Assembly (NCBI GenBank): GCA_038087875.1
Contig: CM075990.1
Location: forward strand, 2,606,001-2,670,000
Direction of reading: 5' to 3'
Origin: Malacoraja senta
Lineage: Eukaryota
DNA: 64,000 nt
Shown here: one piece after another, positions 23,791 through 36,271 of the stretch
Layout: each line of letters opens with the position of its first letter
Position numbering within the stretch: position 1 is the first letter of the stretch
Notes under the pieces: generated by a model
Databases searched by the model: none
The model's input: only the letters and a program-made list of their open reading frames with translations
Told to the model about the DNA's origin: nothing
Translations under genes and position numbers: made by a program

Positions 23791-25411
23791 TAAGGATTTG
23801 ATGACTAGGAACATTAAAAAAAATTAATTGCTTTTGTTTCATCTGATTATTCTTGCTGAAAACAAATATATTGTAAGCATTTTTTTTTCAATGTAGAAAG
23901 AAGAGTTTGGTATTAAGCCAGTCCAAAGATTGCTGTAAGATTCTTTGAGGTATCTGCATTTGTAGACGAACAATGCAAATTGTAGCTGATATTTTTCATG
24001 AATCTAATCAAATAATTTGATACATTTCAGGCAGTTATTCTGCTATGATTAACATGTTCACTTTAACTTCAAATTAACCTGATTCATTTAATTGAATGTA
24101 AGTCCATAGCTCAGCAGGCCCTGTGATCAGAGGAGATGGATTAAGAGAGAAAGATTTCAAATTGAATACAGTTCACTCCACACAGCAATAATTGTTCCGT
24201 TTACGACAACCTGGGTCTGTGACCAGCACTATTTAGTCAGTTAATGATGATACACAGTCCAAGCCTCCGAGAAATAATTAAAACACAAAGTCACCCCCAT
24301 CTAACCCCCTTTCCTTAAAGGGGCAGACTTTTTAGACTTTTGACTTTCGAGATACAGCGCGGAAACAGGCCCTTCCGCGATGACCATCCTTACGCACACT
24401 AGGGACGATTTACAATTTTACCAAAGCCAATTAACCTACAAACCTGCAGGAAACCGGAGCACCCGGAGATGCCCCACATGGTCACGGGGAGAACGTACAA
24501 ACTCCGTACAGACAGCACCCGTAGTCAGGATCGAACCTGGTCTCTGGTGCTGTGGGGCAGCAACTCTACCGCTGTGAAACCCTTAACTTGAAGGGATACA
24601 TTTTTTACACAGGGAATGGTTGATGTCTGGAATTTGCTGTCAGGGTAGCTGGTGGAATCAGATAGAATAGCCACATGTATCAGACATTTACTGTCTACTT
24701 ATACATGCGCACTATATCTATGCCTCTCAGCGTTTAATACACAGATACTGTTTGACCCGCTGGGTTCCTACAATGGTTTAATGTTACTCCAGATTCATAA
24801 GATCATAAGTACATAAGTGATAGAAGCAGAATTAGGCCATTCGGCCCATCAAGTCTACTTCGCCAATCAATCATGGCTGGTCTATCTCTCCCTCCTAACC
24901 CCATTCTCCTGCCTTCTCCCCATAACCCCTGACGCCCGTACTAATCAGGAATCTATCTACCTCTGCCTTAAATATATCCATTGACTTGGCTTCCACAGCC
25001 TTCTGTGGCAATGAATTCCACAGATTCTCCACCCTCTGACTAAAGACATTTCTCCTCATCTCCTTCCTAACGAACGTCCTTCCAGCAAATGCAATCTTCT
25101 GTGTCGCCACTAGGACTTATATTGGATCCATTATCAACTGAGACATGTTAATACAGCCAATGTTGCTACCTATGTGGAAACAAAGTACACAAATCCATCA
25201 GACTGGACTTTATATCTCATCTTTGCCTTTTAAGGATTGGAAATACTTCAGGTAAGTTCAGTTTGAAGAAGGGTCTGGACCCGAAACGTCACTCATTCTT
25301 TCTCTCCAGAGACACTGCCTGTCCCGCTGAGTTACTCCAGCATTTTCTGTCTAACTTTGATGTAAACCAACATCTGCAGTTCCTTCCTGCACATGGTTTA
25401 GTGGAAGTTTA

Positions 25412-25650
25412 AGAAAGAACTGCAGAAGCTGGAAATATCAAAGGTGGACAAAAATGCTGGAGAAACTCAGCAGGTGAGGCAGCATCTATGGAGCGAAGGA
25501 ATAGGTGACGTTTCAGGTCGAGACCCATCTTCAAACTGGTGTGGGAGTGGGGGGCGAGAAGAAGAAAGGTAGAGGCGGAGACAGTAGGCTGTGGGAGAGC
25601 TGGGAAGGGGAGGGGAAGGAGGGGAAGGGGAGGGGAAGGAGGGAGAATGC
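25412..25650 (-). mobile_element. Penelope-like LTR insertion
   Basis: Direct repeat TAGTGGAAGTTTA at 25399-25411 and 25651-25663; matches 16555-16760. Confidence 0.8.
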
Positions 25651-25918
25651 TAGTGGAAGTTTAGCTCAGTTTAACAGAACACTTCCAAATTTGTTGCCTT
25701 GCATTTTTTTAATCATATATTCTTATCCTGACAACTTAGCACCTGGCTAATCAAACCCATAGTGTGCGATTGATAGTTAACCTACGATGAGCGTTTGACG
25801 GCACTGGGCCTGTACTCGCTGGAGTTTAGAAGGATTAGGGGGGACCTCATTGAAACTTATCGAATAGTGATAGACCTGGATAGAGTGGATGTGATGAGGA
25901 TGTTTCCACAGGTGGGAG

Positions 25919-25964
<46 letters not shown>

Positions 25965-26142
25965 CTTATATACTGAACATTTTGTTGTTTATAATAGCAT
26001 TTACAGAGTTCTATGTTTACATATCTGCTGTGCTGCTGCAAGTAAGTAGTTCATTCGGGACATATGACAATAAAATACTCTTGCCTCTAAAAAAACTTGA
26101 ACTAAAACCGCTTGCTGAGGACATACTTGGTTTTATCTTGGA

Positions 26143-26425
26143 TCACAATCACAATCACAGTAATACTTTATTAGCCAAGTATGTTTTGCAACATACGAGG
26201 AATTTCATTTGCCAAGTCAGTCGTACAAATAAAAAGCAACGGAACACACAAAATACATTTCAACGTAAACATCCACCACAGTGACTCCTCCACATTCCTC
26301 ACTGTGATGGAAGGCAAAAAAAAGTTCAATCTCTTCCCTTTGTTCTCCCGTGGTCGGGGGCTTCGAGCCCTCTGTTGACGGGATGATCTTGACTCCCGTA
26401 GCCGGTGGCGGGCCTGCTGCCTTTT
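26143..26425 (-). mobile_element. GC-rich structured retroposon, copy F (5'-truncated), (GTGATT)n tail
   Basis: CCCCGACCACGGGAGAAC motif, core hairpin 26272-26311, tail resembling the Rex1 tails at 42620-42697 and 52155-52210. Confidence 0.75.
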
Positions 26426-26604
26426 GCCTTTCTATCAGCACTTTCCCAGTAGCTGTAACACTATAATGTCATTACATTATGTTCTGAGCTCTGGTACATT
26501 GTTCTCTTTGTACTGCCTGCTATATGTATACGGTTTGAGTGTACAGTATGATTTGACACAAGCACGTAACACTGTAACACGTGATAATTACAATAACCAA
26601 CACA

Positions 26605-26863
26605 AAAAGGCTGTGTGTGAGAACCATTTTTTTGCCTTTTTTAAAACTTTAATCGTCAATAACTTGTGAAATACAGGGTGAAATACAGGGTGAAATCTTA
26701 AGTGAACCTGATTACTGCGTGGAGGGGGAAAATGTGAGTCAGAATATGTAAAAATGTAAGCGCTAGCGCATTGCATTTTGCCAAAGGTAGGAAAACACAT
26801 ACGGTAACAGGTACACACACACATGCATACATACAAGATGAGACTTTTTAATAAGTATATAGA
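26605..26863 (-). mobile_element. Probable Helitron 5' fragment
   Basis: Minus strand starts A|TCTATATACTTATTAAAAAG..ATCTTG, similar to 5' end of the Helitron at 28684; no CTAG 3' end found. Confidence 0.5.
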
Positions 26864-27389
26864 TATAGGTAGGAAGGAACTGCTGATGCTGGTTTACACC
26901 AAAGATAGACACAAAATGCCGGAGTAACTCAGCGGGTCAGGCAGCATCTCTGGTGAGAAAGAATGAGTGACGTTTCGTGTCGAGACCATTCTTCCTTTGC
27001 AGTGGAGCAGACAAAATGTGTGGAAAAGAACTGCAGAGAAGAAGGGTGTCGACCCAAAACATCACCCATTCCTTCTCTCCAGAGACGCTGCCTGTCCTGC
27101 TGAGTTACTCCAGCATTTTGTGTATACCTTTGATTTAAACCAGCATCTGCAGTTCTTTCCTACACATTTTGTCTGCTCCAAGGCATTGGATTTCTCCTCT
27201 TTACTCATGTTGCCCTGACAAGACTTTTGCCTTCCCCTTCACTGAACCCGCCAACTATAAAGTCTGTGAACACCGATGAAAAGCATTCATTAGGACCTCA
27301 CTTAGTCCTCTTGCCCCATTTGTACATTGCTCCTATTTCCCTCATGTGCTCTGCTCTTTACTTGGTTATTTTTTCCCCCTTCAAATGCT

Positions 27390-27702
27390 TTAGTTCAGTT
27401 TAGTTTGAAGATACAGCGTGGAAACAGGCCCTTCGGCCCACTGAGCCCGTGCCGACCAGCGATCCCCGTACACTATCATGATTCTTCACACACCAGGGAC
27501 ATTTTACAATATGCAGAAGCCAATTAGCCTACAAACCTGTATGTCTTTGGATTGTGGGGGGAGCCCGGAGCACCCGGAGAAAACCCACGCAGTCACAGGG
27601 AGAACGTACAAATTCATTACAGGTAGCACCTTTAATCTGGATCGAAGGCGGGTCCCTGGCGCTGTGAGGCAGCAACTCTACTGCTGTACCACTGTGCCGC
27701 CC
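27390..27702 (-). mobile_element. HE1-like V-SINE
   Basis: Canonical sequence on minus strand. Confidence 0.9.
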
Positions 27703-28683
27703 CACTGAGCCATACCTCTGGCCCCATGCATACATTGCCTCTGTTTTCCCTAATGGACCTTGTTCTTTCCCTGGTTGTTCTTTTTCCCTTCAAATACTTA
27801 TATAATGCCTTTGACTTACTTTGATTCCGTCTGCCAATAATGCTTTGTGACCCCTCTTTATCTTCCTAGTTTCCTTATTATACCCGACCCGACACTCTTT
27901 ATACTCTTGATGGACTTTGCCGATATTTAGTTTCGTTTAGTTTTGAGATACAGTGCAGAAACAGGTCCTTCGGCCCATCGTGTCCGCACCAACCAACGAT
28001 CCCCGCACATTAAGACTACCCTACACACACTCGGGATAATTTACAATTATACCAAGCCAATTATCCTGCAAACCTGTACGTCTTTGGAGTGTGGGAGGAA
28101 ACTGAAGATCTCTGGCTCTGTAAGCATTGTAAGGTAGAAACTCTACCGCTGCGCCATCGTGCCATCCTATTGCCGACCAGGTATTCCTGAGAAAGAAGGT
28201 CAATGGTGTAGTAGGATCCAGATAGGGTTCGCGAGAGCTTGTCTGAAGCACTCATGTGGGCTTGAGGTGTTGGATTGGCTTCAGTTAGGCTAGGAAAACA
28301 ATGGGGGGGCCTAGAGGAACATGATGGACTCCTTGGCTACGAACCTAGTCAACAAAGTCCCTTGAAAGGCCTGGCGCACAAGGCAACATATTAAGCAAGG
28401 GGCTTGTTTCTGCTGTTAATTAGCCATAGTAAAAGCGACTAAAAATGCACCATCAACACACGTAGAACGTCATTTGATGCTTCTGCACTTGTCCAATGCT
28501 CCTGTGAATAAGAACGTAGGGCGGCATGGTGGCGCAGCTGGTAGAGCTGCTGCCTCACAGTGCCTGGGACCCTGGTTCGATCCTGACCTCGGGTGCTGTC
28601 CATGTGGAGTTTGCACGTCCCCTTCGGTTTCCTCCCATAACACAAATGTGTGCTGGTTTGTAGGTTGATTTGCCTCTGTAATA

Positions 28684-28983
28684 TCTATATTACTAAAACG
28701 AAGATCTTGACCACTTTCTGACTTTCTGACTTACGGCCATCATTTTTGGCCACCTTGCTCAGAGTCCCCCTCCGCCAGATTGGACTGGAGGATTTTTCCC
28801 ATCGATGAAAAATCAGAGAGTTATTAATGTTTTTAAAAATGTCACCATTCTCTCTGCTGCCCCCGCTGGCGGCAGGGGGGAGGGACTATAAAACCCTGCG
28901 AAATGAAGGAAGCGTGGAATATTGCGTTGGGTGACCAGCCCTCCCGTGTGATGCTGGGACCCAACGGGTCCCACTTAGTCTAG
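28684..28983 (+). mobile_element. Non-autonomous Helitron, 300 bp
   Basis: 5' TC after A, 3' CTAG before T, no TSD, subterminal hairpin TGGGACCC-AAC-GGGTCCCA (28955-28973); interrupts SINE 28518-29115. Confidence 0.9.
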
Positions 28984-30060
28984 TTGCCCCTAGTGTGCAG
29001 GGAATGGATGCGAAGGTGGGATAAGAAAGAGCTAGTGTGAATGAGAGATTAATGGTCGGCATTGATCCAGTTTGACTTGGTGGGCCGAAGGGCCGCTTTG
29101 CATGCTGATATCATTCAATCAACCACATGCATGGTGGATTAAGAATCAAAATGATGGAATAGCAAAAATGAAAACCATCAGAAGGGGCAGTGCACAGATA
29201 ATTGGCTTCTGCAAATTGGAAATGGTCCCAATCCTAGTGTGTAGGATAGTGCTAGTGAATGGGTTGGTTGCTGGTCGACGTGGACTCTGTGGGCCGAAGG
29301 GCCTGTTTCCACACTATATCTCTGAAGTCTAAGGTCTAAAGAACTGACTGTGTTTAGCCTCATGTGCGTTGGTTTAGTCATAGTCAATAGTTAAAGCTGT
29401 TTACATAGCATGGAAACAGGCCCTTCGACCGAATTTGTCCATACCCACCAAGACATCCCATCTACATTAGGCCCACCTGCCCACATTTGGCCCATATCCC
29501 TTTAAACCGTTCCAATCCATGTATCTGTCCAAATGTCTTTTAAATGTTGTTATAGTACCAGCCTCAAAGACCCCCTCTGGCAGCTCGTTGCATACACCCC
29601 CCACCCACTGTTTGAAAAAGTTGCCCCACAGCTTAGAGAGGAATAGATTTGGTAGATGCACAGAGTCTCTTGTCCAGAGTAGGGGAACCGAGTACCAGGG
29701 AACAAGGTGAAGAGGAAAAGATTTAATAGGAAACTGAGGGGTAACTTTTAAACACAAAGAAGTACAGGTTTGTAGGTTAATTGGCTTGGGTTGGTATACT
29801 TGGAATAAATGTCCCCAGAGTGTGTAGGATATTGTTAATGTGCAGGGATTGATGGTCGGCACGGACTCGGTGGGCCGAAGGGCCTGTTTCCACCCTGTAT
29901 CTCTAAACTAAACTAAAGGGTGGTGTGTGTCTGGAACAAGCTGCCAGAGGAGGTAGTTGATACAGGGACTATATCAATATTTAAGAAGCAGGTAGACAGT
30001 TACATGCATGGGACAGGTTTGGAGGAATAGGGACCCAAACGCGGGCAGGTGGGATGAGTG

Positions 30061-31636
30061 AATGATGGGACTGAAGGCTGATAAATCCCCCAGGGCGTGA
30101 TGGTCTGCATCCCAGGGTACTTAAGGAAGTGGCTCTAGAAATCGTGGACGCATTGGTGATAATTTTCCAATGTTCTATAGATTCAGGATCAGTTCCTGTG
30201 GATTGGGGGGTAGCTAAAGTTATCCCACTTTTGAAGAAAGGCGGGAGAGAGAAAACAGGGAATTATAGACCAGTTAGCCTGACATCGGTGGTGGGGAAGA
30301 TGCTGGAGTCAATCATAAAAGATGAAATAGCGGCACATTTGGATACCAGTAACAGGATTGGTCCGAGTCAGCATGGATTTACGAAGGGGAAATCTTGCTT
30401 GACTAATCTTCTGGTATTTTTTGAGGATGTAACTAGGAAAATGGACAAGGGAGACCCAGTGGATGTGGTGTACCTGGACTTTCAGAAAGCATTTGATAAG
30501 GTCCCACATAGGAGATTAGTGGGCAAAATTAGGGCACATGGTATTGGGGGTAGAGTGCTGACATGGACAGAAAATTGGTTGGCAGACAGGAAACAAAGAG
30601 CAGGGATTAACGGGTCTCGGCAGACAGTAACTAGTGGGGTACCGCAAGGCTTGGTGCTGGGACCGCAGCTATTTACAATATACAACAATGATTTAGATGA
30701 AGGGATTCAAAGTAACATTAGCAAATTTGCAGTTGACACAAAGCTAGGTGGCAGTGTGAACTGTGAGGAAGATGCTATGAGAATGCAGGGTAACTTGGAC
30801 AGGTTGGGTGAGTGGGCAGATGCATGGCAGATGCAGTTTAATGTGGTTAAATGTGAGGTTATCCACTTTGGTAGCAAAAACAGGAAGGCAGATAATTATC
30901 TAAATGGTGTCAAAAGGGAAAAAGGGAAGTACAACGGGATCTGGGGGTCCTTGTTCATCAGTCAATGAAAGTAAGCATGCAGGCAGTGAAGAAAGCGAAT
31001 GGCATGATGGCCTTCATAACAAGTGGAGTCGAGTATAGGAGCAAACAGGTTCTTCTACAGTTGTACAGAGCCCTAGTGAGACCATACCTGGAGTATTGTG
31101 TGCAGTTTTGATCCCCTAATTTGAGGAAGGACATTCTTGCTATTGAGGGAGTGCAGCGTAGGTTAATTCTCGGGATGGCGGGACTGTCATATGATGAGAG
31201 AATGGAGCGGCTGGGCTTGTACACTCTGGAGTTTAGAAGGATGAGAAGGGATCATATTGAAACATATAAGATTATTAATGGCTTGGACACGCTAGAGGCA
31301 GGAAACCATGTTCCCGATGTTGGGGGAGTCCAGAACCAGGGGCCACAGTTTAAGAATAAGGAGTAAGCCATTTAGAACGGAGACGAGGGAACACATTTCC
31401 ACCAGAGAGTTGTGAGTCTGTGGAATTCTCTGCCTCAGAGGGTGGTGGAGGCCGGTACTCTGGATGCTTTCAAGAGAGAGCTAGATAGGACTCTTAAAGA
31501 TAGTGGAGTCAGGGGATATTGGGAGAAGGCAGGAACGGGGTACTGATTGGGGATGATCAGTCATGATCACAGTGAATGGCGGTGCTGGCTCGTAGGGCCG
31601 AATGGACTACTCCTGCACCTATTGTCTATTGTCTAT
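30061..31636 (+). mobile_element. 5'-truncated CR1 (HER1-like) LINE with RT domain
   Basis: RT ORF 30129-30968, frameshifted C-terminus, (ATTGTCT)n tail; short direct repeat TGAGTG (30055-30060, 31637-31642) inside another CR1 3' end. Confidence 0.95.
30129..30968 (+). pseudogene. CR1 ORF2 reverse transcriptase fragment
   Basis: NYRPVSLTS, QHGFTKGKSCLTNLL, YLDFQKAFDKVPH, SGVPQG; catalytic FADD reads FAVD; endonuclease domain absent. Confidence 0.95.
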
Positions 31637-32495
31637 TGAGTGTAGCTGGGACATGATGGCCAGTGTGGGCAAGTTGGGCCGAAGGGCCTGTTTCCACGCT
31701 GTCTGACTATGACTCCGATTCCTACTACACCATTCTCCTTTCACCTCTCCCGTGCACAGAAACCCTTCAAATATTGGACAGAAATTCCTGACCAATGTCC
31801 TTCATTTCAGAATTATAATTGGCTACACCAACTGGATGAGGACTATTGGATAAAGATCCTTCAAGAGAGCACAAGCAGGAAATTATAAACTGTTTATTTC
31901 AGGGTTTCTGACCTTGCGCCAGAATTATTGCTGCACCGATGCATCAATTTAATCGGAATTTGCCAGATTAAGAAAGGCTCGCTACAGATAACAGACATTG
32001 ACTGGAATCAAAATGGTTCCATTCAATAAATTGGCCCCTTTTCTATAAAACCTTTCAACACTCCAGGCCATATTCCCTTTAAAAGCTATTTTTTTCTTGT
32101 TTAATGGACCTTGTCATAGAGTGAAAGCATTTCGCTGCAATGCAATAAATGCTAAAGTGAAAGCTATTAATTCTAGTACAATGTGCTGTGATCAAGCACT
32201 GGCTTTAAAAAAAAAACATTTTCTGAAACAAAAGAAACCAGGGGCGGTGGTCTCAGTATCCGTGGGGCAGCAGGGAGATGGCAGGAAGAGTCAGAATGGA
32301 ACGAGTGGTCTGAAGGTAGAAACAAGGAACTACATGTTCTGGTATATCAAGGAAACACATAAAATGCTGGAGTAACTCAGCGGGTCAGGCAGCATCTCTG
32401 GTGAACGTGGATTGGCTTTGTTATCCGTTGGTGAAGATGGGTCCTGGCCTGAAACATCACCTATCCATGTTCTCCAGGGATGCTGCCTGATCTTT

Positions 32496-32800
32496 TGACT
32501 TTAGACTTTAGCGAAACAGCATGAAAACAGGCCCTTCGGCCCACCGGGTCCGTGCCGACCCAGCGATCACCCCGTACACCAACACTATCCCACACACGAG
32601 GGACAATTTACAATTTTTACCAAAGCCTATTAACCGACAAACTTGTACGTCTTTGGAGTGTGGGAGGAAACCGGAGCACCTTGAGAAAACCCACGCGGTC
32701 ACAGGGAGAACGTACAAACTCCATACAGACAGCACCCGTGGTCAGGATTGATCCCGGGTCTATGGAGCTGTAAGACCGTAACTCTACCCCTGCGCCTTTC
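32496..32800 (-). mobile_element. HE1-like V-SINE inserted in a Penelope LTR piece
   Basis: Canonical SINE; host GATGCTGCCTGA..CCTGTTGAGTTACTCC resumes after it. Confidence 0.85.
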
Positions 32801-32933
32801 TGCCACCCCAACCCCGACCTGTTGAGTTACTCCAGCATTTTGTGCCTTTTCTTTTAGTGATCATAAGGGCATGCCTTTGTAGATCCACACACTGTTCATC
32901 TCCTGGCCAAATGCCATCAGCAAACAATCAATG

Positions 32934-33122
32934 TTTAAGAAGGAACCGCAGACGCGGGAAAATCGAAGGTAGACAAAAATGCTGGAGAAACTCAGCGGGT
33001 GAGGCAGCATCTATGGAGAGAAGGAAATAGGCAACGCTTCTTCTCGACCTGAAACGTCGCCTATTTCCTTCGCTCCATAGATGCTGCCTCACCCGCTGAG
33101 TTTCTCCAGCATTTTTGTCTAC
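32934..33122. mobile_element. Palindromic Penelope LTR-derived insertion
   Basis: ~70-bp inverted arms (32968-33037 / 33053-33123); 16-bp TSD CAGCAAACAATCAATG at 32918-32933 and 33123-33138. Confidence 0.9.
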
Positions 33123-33159
33123 CAGCAAACAATCAATGATACTTTCCCACTAGAATGCA

Positions 33160-33631
33160 AACTGCAAAAAATTGCAGAGAATTGTGGACGCAGCCCAGAC
33201 CACCACGCAAACCAACCTGCCTTCCATTGACTCTATCTACACCTCACGCTACCTCGGCAAGGCCAGCAGCGTAATCAAGGACCAGTCTCACCCCGGCCAC
33301 TCCCTCTTCTCCCCTCTCCCATCAGGCAAGAGGTACAAAAGCGTGAAAACGCACACCTCCAGATTCAGGGACAGTTTCTTCCCAGCTGTTACCAGACAAC
33401 TGAACCGTCCTATCATCAACTAGAGAGCGGTCCTGACCTCCCATCTACCTCAGACTATCAATAATCGCACTTTATTGGACTTTATCTCGCACTAAACGCT
33501 ATTCCCTTTATCATGCATCTGTACATTGTGGACGGCTCGATTGTAATCATGTATTGTCTTTCCGCTGACCGGTTAGCACGCAACAAAAGATTTTCACCGT
33601 ACCTCGGTACACGTGACAATAAACTAAACTG
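33160..33631 (+). mobile_element. Rex1/Babar LINE 3' end
   Basis: LQRIVDAAQTTTQTNLPSIDSIYTSR..LPSGKRYKS..SRFRDSFFPAV; GTGACAATAAACTAAAC tail. Confidence 0.9.
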
Positions 33632-33879
33632 CAAACTTCAAAGTTTTGCCCCAAAATTAGAGCATGTCAAAGATTTTTCTGGATAGTTGTTCCAATATGA
33701 TAGGTAATATTTCAGCAAAAATGCTCCTCATTCTGTAACCAAAGGATGAAGCCCACTGTTCTTTTAAATATCCCAATCCTGATCTAATCTGGACAATTCC
33801 AATTCACCGAGCCCCCTTAAGAAATTCAAAATGTGCCACCCCAACGAACAGCAGTTTCATGAGACATGATGACTTCTAT

Positions 33880-35428
33880 AACGTCCAGCGGGGCCTGTAG
33901 ACTTTAACATCGGAAGCCTCGGTCTCTGGTAAGAAGCGGCCGATTCGGGAACTCCAAGCCGCAGAGTGTGTTCCGATCCATCCAGATGTCAGAGTTTCGA
34001 TCATCCCGGCGAGAGGGCCTGTACATCGGGCCGTCCGTAGTGGCGACTGTGGATGCTTCTAGGCCCCAACCACGGGTGAACAAAGGAGGAAGATTGACTG
34101 AACTTTATTGCCTTCCATCACAATGAGAAATGTCGATTCCACTGTGGTGGATGTTTATGTTAAATTCTATTGTGTATTGTGTTCTTTTTATTCGTATGGC
34201 TGTATGGTAACTCAATAGACAATAGTGGAGGAGTAGGTCATTTGGCCCTTTGACCTAGCACCGGCATTCAATGTGATCATGGCTGATCATCCTCAATCAG
34301 TACCCCGTTCCTGCCTTCTCCCCATGTCCCCTGACTCCGCTATCTTTAAGAGCCCTATCTAGCTCTCTCTTGAAAGTACCCAGAGAACCGGCCTCCACTG
34401 CCCTCTGAGGCAGAGAATTCCACAGACTCACAACTCTCTGTGAGAAAAAGTGTTTCCTCGTCTCCGTTCTAAATGGCTTACCCCTTATTCTTAAACTGTG
34501 AGCCCTGGTTCTGGACTCCCCCAACATCGGGAACATGGTTTCCTGCCTCTAGCGTGTCCAAGCCCTTAACAATCTTATATGTTTCAATAAGATACCATCT
34601 CATCCTTCTAAACTCCAGAGTGTACAAGCCCAGCTGCTCCATTCTCTCAGCATATGACAGTCCTGTCATCCCGGGAATTAACCTTGTAAACCTACGCTGC
34701 ACTCCCTCAATACCAAGAATGTCCTTCCTCAAATTAGGGGTCCAAAACTGCACACAATACTCCAGGTGTGGTCTCACTAGGGCCCTATACAACTGCAGAA
34801 GGACCTCTTTGCTCCTATACTCGACTCCTCTTGTTATAAATCCAACATGCCATTCACTTTCTTCACTGCCTGTTGTACCTGCATGCTTACTTTCATAGAC
34901 TGATGAACAAGGACCCTCAGATCCCATTGTACTTCCCTTTTTCACAACGTGACGCCATTTAGATGGTAATCTGCCTTCCTGTTTTTGATACCAAAGTGGA
35001 TAACCTCACATTTATTCACACTAAACTTCATCTGCCATGCATCTGCCCACTAACCCAACGTGTCCAAGTCACCCTGCATTCTCATAGCATCCTCCTCACA
35101 GTTCACACTGCCATCCAGCTTTGTGTCATCTGCAAATTTGCTAATGTTACTTTGAATCCCTTCATCCAAATCATTGATGTATATTGTAAATAGCTGCGGT
35201 CCCAGCACCGAGCCTTGCGGTACCCCACTAGTCACTGCCTGCCATTCTGAAAGGGACCTGTTGATCCCCACTCTTTGTTTCCTGTCTGCCAACCAATTTT
35301 CTAGCCATGTCAGCACTCTACCCCCAATACCATGTGCCCTAATTTTGCCCACTAATCTCCTATGTGGGACCTTATCAAATTTCACTGTACCAATTGGTGC
35401 GTGACAATAAATGTGAACTTGAACTTGA
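33880..35428 (+). mobile_element. GC-rich structured retroposon, copy E, split by a CR1
   Basis: Core hairpin 34114-34151; tail TTCACTGTACC..GTGACAATAAA..(ACTTGA)n resumes at ~35376 after the CR1. Confidence 0.7.
34215..35380 (-). mobile_element. 5'-truncated CR1 LINE with RT domain
   Basis: FDKVPHRRL..SGVPQGSVLGPQLFTIYINDL..KFADDTKL; same subfamily as 30061-31636. Confidence 0.95.
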
Positions 35429-35959
35429 CAGAATTTCAGAGTGTACGCTTGATTGATTGAAAGATTAAATGATATATCATGGAAACAGGCTCTTTGGCCC
35501 ACTGAGTCCATGCCACTTTACGCATCCCACTTTTGCACCCATTCCCTGCACACTAGGGGCAATTTATAGGGGCCAATTAACCTACAAATCCTCATGTCTT
35601 TGGTATTTGGGAGCAAACTAGAGCACCTGGACAAAACCCACGCGGTCACAGGGAGAACGTTCAAATTCCTCACACAACTAGCATTCGAGGTCAGGACCCA
35701 GCCTGGGTCTCCAGCACTGTGAGGCAGCAACAGTTCGACACGCTGCATCACAGTGCTGCCCCACGCTGTTCGTCAGCAGAGATACAAGGAACTGCAAATG
35801 CAGGAATCTTAAGTAAAACACAAAGTGCTGGAAGAACTCAGTAGATCAGGCAGCATCTGTGGAGGGAATGATTCAAGATTCAATGATGATTCAATTCAAT
35901 TGATACTTTGACAATCGTGCATTAACTGGCGATGTTTTGGGTCGGGACCCTTTTATCAG

Positions 35960-36271
35960 AGTTTAGTTTGGCTTAGTTTAGAGATGCAGCGCGGAAACTG
36001 GCCCTTCGGCCCACCGAGTCCGCACCGCCCAGCGATCCCCGCACCCTACCGCTACCCTACACACCTGGGACAAGTTACAATTATTCCCAGCCAAATAGCC
36101 TGCAAACCCATACGCCTTTGGAATGTGGGAGAAAACCGAAGCACCTGGAGAAAACCCACGAAGGACACGGGGAGAACGTACAAACTCCCTACAGACAGCA
36201 CCCGTAGTCTGGATCAAACCCAGGTGTCTGCCACTGTAGGGCAGCAACTTTACCCCTGCGCCACCGTGCCA
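35960..36271 (-). mobile_element. HE1-like V-SINE
   Basis: Canonical sequence on minus strand. Confidence 0.9.

Noticed and set aside
30129..30968. Active reverse transcriptase gene
   Set aside because: 5'-truncated, no endonuclease domain, FADD mutated to FAVD, downstream frameshifts
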